A stretch of DNA of 64,000 nt, from NCBI GenBank assembly GCA_964409035.1, contig CAYPBQ010000003.1, positions 41,530 to 105,529 on the forward strand, given 5' to 3'. The stretch comes from an uncultured Candidatus Saccharibacteria bacterium (GTDB lineage Bacteria > Patescibacteriota > Minisyncoccia > Phycocordibacterales > UBA12088). The position numbers and the translations under genes were made by a program. Below, in pieces: positions 59,414-64,000 of this stretch. A model generated the notes under the pieces. It searched no databases. It saw only the letters and a program-made list of their open reading frames with translations, and was not told the DNA's origin. Numbering within the stretch: position 1 is the first letter of the stretch; each line of letters starts with the position of its first letter.

Positions 59414-60712
59414 ATGCCAGCTAAAGACATTTTTAGAAAAATTATATTGCTCATTATTACCACAGAGGCAAAGCTCATTCTAAAGAAGTATAAGCCAAAG
59501 ATAGTGGCGGTTGCAGGAAGTGTAGGCAAGACCTCTACCAAGGATGCGGTGTACACCGCGCTTTCAAGCACCTTTCATACACGAAAAAGCGAAAAGAGTT
59601 TTAACAGCGATTTTGGCGTACCCCTTACCATACTTGGAGTAGGGAATGGATGGTACGACCCAGTAGTGTGGATCAAAAATATTTTGATTGGTCTCAATCT
59701 TCTTATTTTCAGAGAAAAGTATCCCGAGTGGCTAGTGCTTGAGATTGGTGCTGATAGGCCAGGTGATATTGCCTCGCTTATGTCATGGATACAACCACAT
59801 ATTAGCGTCCTCACCCGATTTCCTGAGGTGCCAGTGCATGTAGAATTTTTTTCTTCACCAGAGGAACTTCATCAAGAGGATTTTCTCATTGCTGATACGC
59901 TACCTGCTGATGGGGTGCTTGTTATTAACGAGGACGACGAACTACAACGTGCTCATGAGATAAAGTCACCAGCAACAGTTATCAGGTATGGATTTTCATC
60001 ACATGCAGAGGTGCGTGGCTCTGGGGTACAGCTACGCTACACCGACAAACAGGTGCGTGGCGTGGCATTTAGAATCCGTGAGAGTGATCATAAGGCTGAG
60101 GTCATTGAAGTTGAAGGTTCGCTTGGCATTCAGCATGCATACCCAATACTTGCCGCCTTTGCGGTAGGGAAGGCGCTCGCGATACCCTTTGATACATTGC
60201 AACAAGCATTTACATCATATGATCCACCGCGAGGAAGGATGCGCATAATCAAGGGAATTAAGCATTCTATTATCATTGATGACACATACAACTCTTCTCC
60301 AATAGCAGTCGAGCATGCACTTGCTACACTTAGTGATGTAGTCGCGCAGGGGAGAAAAATCGCAATCCTAGGTGATATGCTCGAGCTTGGCGAATACTCC
60401 GTAGAGGCGCACAAAGAAGCGGGTAGACAAGTGGCTAAAGTAGTAGATGAGCTGTATACCGTGGGTATACGTGCGCGCATGATTGCTACAAGCGCTCATG
60501 AAAGCGGACTTGCTATTGAACATATTCACTCTTTTGATGATGCAATTGCATGCGCAAATGCGCTTGAGACATCAATTGCCCATGGCGATGTAGTTTTAAT
60601 AAAAGGATCACAATCAATACGACTTGAAAAAGCCGTAGAAGAACTAATGCAAGAACCAGAGAAAAAAGCAGAGCTACTTGTACGCCAAGATTCTGCTTGG
60701 CTTGACAAATAA
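59414..60712 (+). CDS. murF: Mur ligase, most likely UDP-MurNAc-tripeptide--D-Ala-D-Ala ligase (MurF); MurE not excluded
   Basis: 'IVAVAGSVGKTSTK' P-loop, Mur ligase middle/C domains; 432 aa. Confidence 0.65.
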   Translation: MPAKDIFRKIILLIITTEAKLILKKYKPKIVAVAGSVGKTSTKDAVYTALSSTFHTRKSEKSFNSDFGVPLTILGVGNGWYDPVVWIKNILIGLNLLIFREKYPEWLVLEIGADRPGDIASLMSWIQPHISVLTRFPEVPVHVEFFSSPEELHQEDFLIADTLPADGVLVINEDDELQRAHEIKSPATVIRYGFSSHAEVRGSGVQLRYTDKQVRGVAFRIRESDHKAEVIEVEGSLGIQHAYPILAAFAVGKALAIPFDTLQQAFTSYDPPRGRMRIIKGIKHSIIIDDTYNSSPIAVEHALATLSDVVAQGRKIAILGDMLELGEYSVEAHKEAGRQVAKVVDELYTVGIRARMIATSAHESGLAIEHIHSFDDAIACANALETSIAHGDVVLIKGSQSIRLEKAVEELMQEPEKKAELLVRQDSAWLDK

Positions 60713-60754
60713 TCGCAAGTAACGACAATTGCTACAGCAACATGGAGGTTTGGT

Positions 60755-61024
60755 ATGTCTAACGACACCAAGAATAAAGTTATAGAGATATTAAAAAGCG
60801 TTCAAAGGATTAAGAGAGGCAGAAAGCCGTACCAAAAATTGGGAATAATAAGGAAGGGAGAAGTGGTGCAGATTGTAATCGGCCATAGCGCCTTCCGCGG
60901 CATTGCTATGTGGGATAGTAATAGGGGATTTGTCACAGTTAGATATGTGGGTTTTTCAGGTGAAGCAGAAACAAGACCAATCCGTTTACGTCATGTACGT
61001 AGAGTGGAAGAAGAAACGAAATAA
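60755..61024 (+). CDS. Hypothetical basic protein (89 aa)
   Basis: ORF followed by terminator 61040-61072. Confidence 0.35.
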   Translation: MSNDTKNKVIEILKSVQRIKRGRKPYQKLGIIRKGEVVQIVIGHSAFRGIAMWDSNRGFVTVRYVGFSGEAETRPIRLRHVRRVEEETK

Positions 61025-61039
61025 AACCATGTATGAAGG

Positions 61040-61072
61040 TAGCGTGAAAGGGTCAATTCGTTGACCCTTTCA
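61040..61072 (+). terminator. Rho-independent terminator
   Basis: 'GAAAGGGTCAATTCGTTGACCCTTTCATTTG'. Confidence 0.75.
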
Positions 61073-61116
61073 TTTGTTGCATTTACTGCCATTTTCCTCC
61101 ATAATCGTAACTACTT

Positions 61117-61191
61117 GGCCCTATCGTCTAACGGTTAGGACGGAGCCTTCTCAAGGCTTAAATCGGGGTTCGATTCCCCGTAGGGTCACCA
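61117..61191 (+). tRNA. tRNA-Glu (anticodon CUC) with encoded CCA
   Basis: 'GGCCCTATCGTCTAACGGTTAGGACGGAGCCTTCTCAAGGCTTAAATCGGGGTTCGATTCCCCGTAGGGTCACCA'; anticodon loop UUCUCAA; T-loop TTCGATT. Confidence 0.85.
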
Positions 61192-61225
61192 ATTAGAGAA
61201 CTAGTTCGAGCACTCGAGAAGGCTC

Positions 61226-61258
61226 GGATTTAGAGGAAAAGAGTAGGTCTGTATAAGA
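61226..61258 (+). terminator. Hairpin terminator after tRNA-Glu
   Basis: 'AAGAGTAGGTCTGTATAAGATCTACTCTTTTCG'. Confidence 0.6.
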
Positions 61259-61348
61259 TCTACTCTTTTCGTATTATGTACGCATCAGGTGACCAAGAAC
61301 TCTGCTCGGCTACAAGCTCCCTTTATACATTATCCCTCTTTCACTAGG

Positions 61349-61941
61349 CAAACTGTGGCGTCGCTTCGGAACGGCGACGGACAATTGCGGAGTATGTTTT
61401 CCATACAGGCATACTTGTTCTACATTCGCTCACATTGAATTTTGAAACCACGTACTTGCATTTACGATAATATGGCTATAAATAAGGACTTAGGTAATAA
61501 ATATCTGCAAATGATAAGGAACAAAACCTAATTAAGAACAAGATACGTTCGTGGAGTTTCACCTCCGACCGTTTGCTGGCCTGTTCCATTTCCGTACTTT
61601 TGGCTCCAAGACGTCGGATATATGCTTAAATATAAGGGTATTGTTTAAAGTATTACGACCAAACTGTGGCGTCGCTTCGGAACGGCGACGGACAATTGCG
61701 GAGTATGTTTTCCATACAGGCATACTTGTTCTACATTCGCTCACATTGAATTTTGAAACCACGTACTTGCATTTACGATAATATGGCTATAAATAAGGAC
61801 TTAGGTAATAAATATCTGCAAATGATAAGGAACAAAACCTAATTAAGAACAAGATACGTTCGTGGAGTTTCACCTCCGACCGTTTGCTGGCCTGTTCCAT
61901 TTCCGTACTTTTGGCTCCAAGACGTCGGATATATGCTTAAA
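61349..61941. repeat. Perfect tandem duplication: two ~283-bp copies (61349-61631 and 61659-61941) separated by 27 bp
   Basis: Both copies begin 'CAAACTGTGGCGTCGCTTCGGAACGGCGACGG...' and end '...GACGTCGGATATATGCTTAAAT'; every block compared by eye is identical. Confidence 0.85.
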
Positions 61942-62061
61942 TTCTAGTTTTCTTCTCTAAAAGAAGCACTTTACTGCTGATGTTGTTATTTGCTGAGGAT
62001 GTACTTGCGCCTTAAAAGCATTTCTGTATAATAAAGATGTAACCCATTAACCATTTTATAT

Positions 62062-62457
62062 ATGAACACGACACCTAACCCTCTAGACGCACTTCTTACT
62101 GATGATGCAGCAACAAACCGCGAACAGTTGGCAGCATTGGTTGGACCATTCGTAAAAATCGTAAAGGATTCAAAGGAGTTTGAATTTCTCCCCGCTTTCT
62201 CCAAGCTCGATAACAGCTCAAAGGTAGAAATCATGTTGGCCGCTAGTAAGGCTCGCGCACTTCTCTTTGATGAAACCGACGGCCTTGCCCCTTCCGAAAT
62301 CATCGCGACGCAGGTGATGACTGAGGGTTCAACAAAATCGGCGATCAAAAGTCTTTTTGATGGACGCAAGATCAAGAAGAACAAGGAAGGTAAAAAATAC
62401 ATTTTGCCACCCTACCGTATTCCCGAGCTTGTTGAAAAATTTATCAAAAGTAACTAA
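62062..62457 (+). CDS. Hypothetical protein (131 aa), gene 1 of 4-gene operon
   Basis: ORF; 9-nt gap to next gene. Confidence 0.4.
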   Translation: MNTTPNPLDALLTDDAATNREQLAALVGPFVKIVKDSKEFEFLPAFSKLDNSSKVEIMLAASKARALLFDETDGLAPSEIIATQVMTEGSTKSAIKSLFDGRKIKKNKEGKKYILPPYRIPELVEKFIKSN

Positions 62458-62466
62458 TACACACTT

Positions 62467-62844
62467 ATGGAAACAAATGAACAACGTATATCTGCATTGG
62501 AATCCCGCGTAAAAACACTTGAAGCACTGATCCTTAATGCCGATGCTCCCACAGTAAACGTAAATAGGAAGGAAAAGACCCTTCGAGAAATCATAAAAGG
62601 AAAGAAATTTAATGGGCAGGAGCAGGTTGCTGCTATCGTTGGCTATCACGAAAAGATTCTCGGTCAGGCTGTTCACAAAAATGAGATCAAAAATGCATGG
62701 CAGGAAGCAAAAATGAATGGAAAGTACGCAGCCATCTATCTGACCCGAGCGCAAAAAGACGCGCTTGTACGTATTCTTGCTGATGACACATGTGACCTTA
62801 CTCAAACTGGAGAAGATTTTTTTGACGGATTACTAACTAATTAA
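62467..62844 (+). CDS. Hypothetical protein (125 aa) with N-terminal coiled coil
   Basis: 'ETNEQRISALESRVKTLEALIL' heptad-like. Confidence 0.4.
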   Translation: METNEQRISALESRVKTLEALILNADAPTVNVNRKEKTLREIIKGKKFNGQEQVAAIVGYHEKILGQAVHKNEIKNAWQEAKMNGKYAAIYLTRAQKDALVRILADDTCDLTQTGEDFFDGLLTN

Positions 62845-62851
62845 AATTGAT

Positions 62852-63442
62852 ATGGAATCAGAAGAAATAAAAAAGAATATCTCCTTGGCGCTCGAGGCTG
62901 TCGAAGAGATGCAGGACAAAGAACTGAAGGCTGTTGCTTTCAGTGTTGTGCTTGAACAGATGCTTATAACATCACTTCCAGATCAGAATAAGGTCCATAC
63001 TCCAAGTAAAGCGCCCCTAAGAAATGACGTTGTTCCGAGCTTGTCACCGACCATTAGGATGTCTCCGGCTTTGAGTTCCTTGCCTATTACACAGGAGCAA
63101 CTATCAGAAATTTATGAAGTGAATGGTGATGAGCTCAGATTGCGAGTAAAGGTAAATGATGTGAAGAATTCAGAGCAGCAACGGAAGCTTGCGCAAGCTA
63201 TGCTTTTTGGCTACAAAGTGCTCCTTGATGAAAAGGACGTAAAGGGCTCAAAATTGCTTATTACTGCAAAAGAATGGGATATCCCTACTGATCATTTCGT
63301 GAAGAACATCAAGGGTAATAAGAAAAATCCAAACAAGTACGTAGATATCCGAAATACTGGTAAGGGAAAAGATCCAATCTTTTCCCTTAGACCAGGAGCT
63401 CTCAATAAACTGGTAGACGAAGTGAAGGCGCTCGCTTCCTAG
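62852..63442 (+). CDS. Hypothetical protein (196 aa)
   Basis: ORF; 8-nt gaps on both sides. Confidence 0.4.
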   Translation: MESEEIKKNISLALEAVEEMQDKELKAVAFSVVLEQMLITSLPDQNKVHTPSKAPLRNDVVPSLSPTIRMSPALSSLPITQEQLSEIYEVNGDELRLRVKVNDVKNSEQQRKLAQAMLFGYKVLLDEKDVKGSKLLITAKEWDIPTDHFVKNIKGNKKNPNKYVDIRNTGKGKDPIFSLRPGALNKLVDEVKALAS

Positions 63443-63450
63443 CTTTTACT

Positions 63451-64000
63451 ATGAATCCTCTAGTACAACACCTAAAGAATCTGCCGAATGATCTAGTTAC
63501 CGCACTACAGACGGAATTTCAAAAACTGCATCAGCAATATTTTCTCGGGAAGTGGGAGCCGGCCCAACTAAACGGAGGACGCTTTGGTGAAGCAGTTTTG
63601 CGCATCGTGGAGTATAAAGACACCAATAAGTTCACACCTGTAGGCACTCAATTGAACCGTAAGCAAATAGTAAATAGCGTTGCACAAAATACGGCACTTC
63701 CAAAATCATTGCGACTTCAGATACCAACACTCGCAGAACTGGTTATGGATTTTCGTAATGATAGGAATGTGGGACATCTTGGGACAATTGACGTTAACGA
63801 GATGGATTCTGCCTTTGTACTCAATGCAACTAATTGGATCGTGGCTGAGCTAATTCGACTAGAGACACAGATGAGTCCATCTGATGCTCAAGCAGAGATC
63901 AAGAAGATCATCGAGCGAAAAGTACCAATTGTCGAGGAAATAGGGGGTCGCTTGAAATGTCTAAATCCGAAATTAGACGCAAAGACCAAAGCTGTGGTTT
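63451..64000 (+). CDS. Hypothetical protein with R-x6-H (HEPN-like) motif; 3' end beyond window
   Basis: Open frame from ATG 63451 to window end (not in ORF track because no stop); 'FRNDRNVGHLG'. Confidence 0.4.
   Translation, partial: MNPLVQHLKNLPNDLVTALQTEFQKLHQQYFLGKWEPAQLNGGRFGEAVLRIVEYKDTNKFTPVGTQLNRKQIVNSVAQNTALPKSLRLQIPTLAELVMDFRNDRNVGHLGTIDVNEMDSAFVLNATNWIVAELIRLETQMSPSDAQAEIKKIIERKVPIVEEIGGRLKCLNPKLDAKTKAVV

Noticed and set aside
61551-61781. ORFs 61551-61781 (+) and 61559-61762 (-) spanning the tandem repeat
   Set aside because: They run across the junction of two identical repeat copies and the unique spacer, have no RBS, and have a spurious-looking composition. They are more likely artefacts of the repeat than genes.
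1-64000. CRISPR array, rRNA genes, IS transposase
   Set aside because: No short direct repeats with regular unique spacers were seen. The only large repeat is a 2-copy ~283-bp tandem. There are no rRNA-like conserved blocks and no DDE transposase ORF. The only recombinase is the serine recombinase at 36197-37747.

Overview
The window reads as a compact bacterial chromosome segment, possibly from an uncultivated Patescibacteria/CPR-like lineage; that assignment is tentative. The housekeeping backbone is clear: rpoC (5'-truncated), dnaG, rpoD, hisS, truB, uppP, def-fmt, priA, murA, two mreB paralogs, mreCD-mrdA, frr, rseP, proS, greA, lysS, and an mraZ-rsmH-ftsL-ftsI-murF division cluster. I see no rRNA genes and no CRISPR array. 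There are two tRNA genes, tRNA-Asn(GUU) on the minus strand at 37736-37807 and tRNA-Glu(CUC) with encoded CCA at 61117-61191.

The most interesting region is an AT-richer stretch of roughly 8.6 kb (~29.1-37.8 kb) that ends in a large serine recombinase whose last codons run into the 3' end of tRNA-Asn. It carries a three-gene restriction-modification operon, and the first gene is a fusion of a full LexA-like repressor (wHTH plus S24 autopeptidase with Ala-Gly, Ser and Lys all present) to a Dam-like (D12-class) DNA methyltransferase. A perfect 17-bp inverted repeat sits immediately upstream of that gene. This looks like an SOS/RecA-coupled controller of an R-M system.

The host also encodes a canonical lexA with a perfect GAAC-N4-GTTC palindromic SOS box, next to a Y-family polymerase.

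Other things worth a second look:
- a perfect ~283-bp tandem duplication just downstream of tRNA-Glu, followed by a tight operon of four unknown proteins, the last carrying an R-x6-H (HEPN-like) motif;
- a CooC/MinD-type ATPase and a Cys-rich protein divergent from a Fur-family regulator;
- a heavily inverted-repeat-rich intergenic region inside the element;
- an odd ORF or possible ncRNA between greA and lysS;
- a DnaG whose zinc-finger ligands are mostly replaced.
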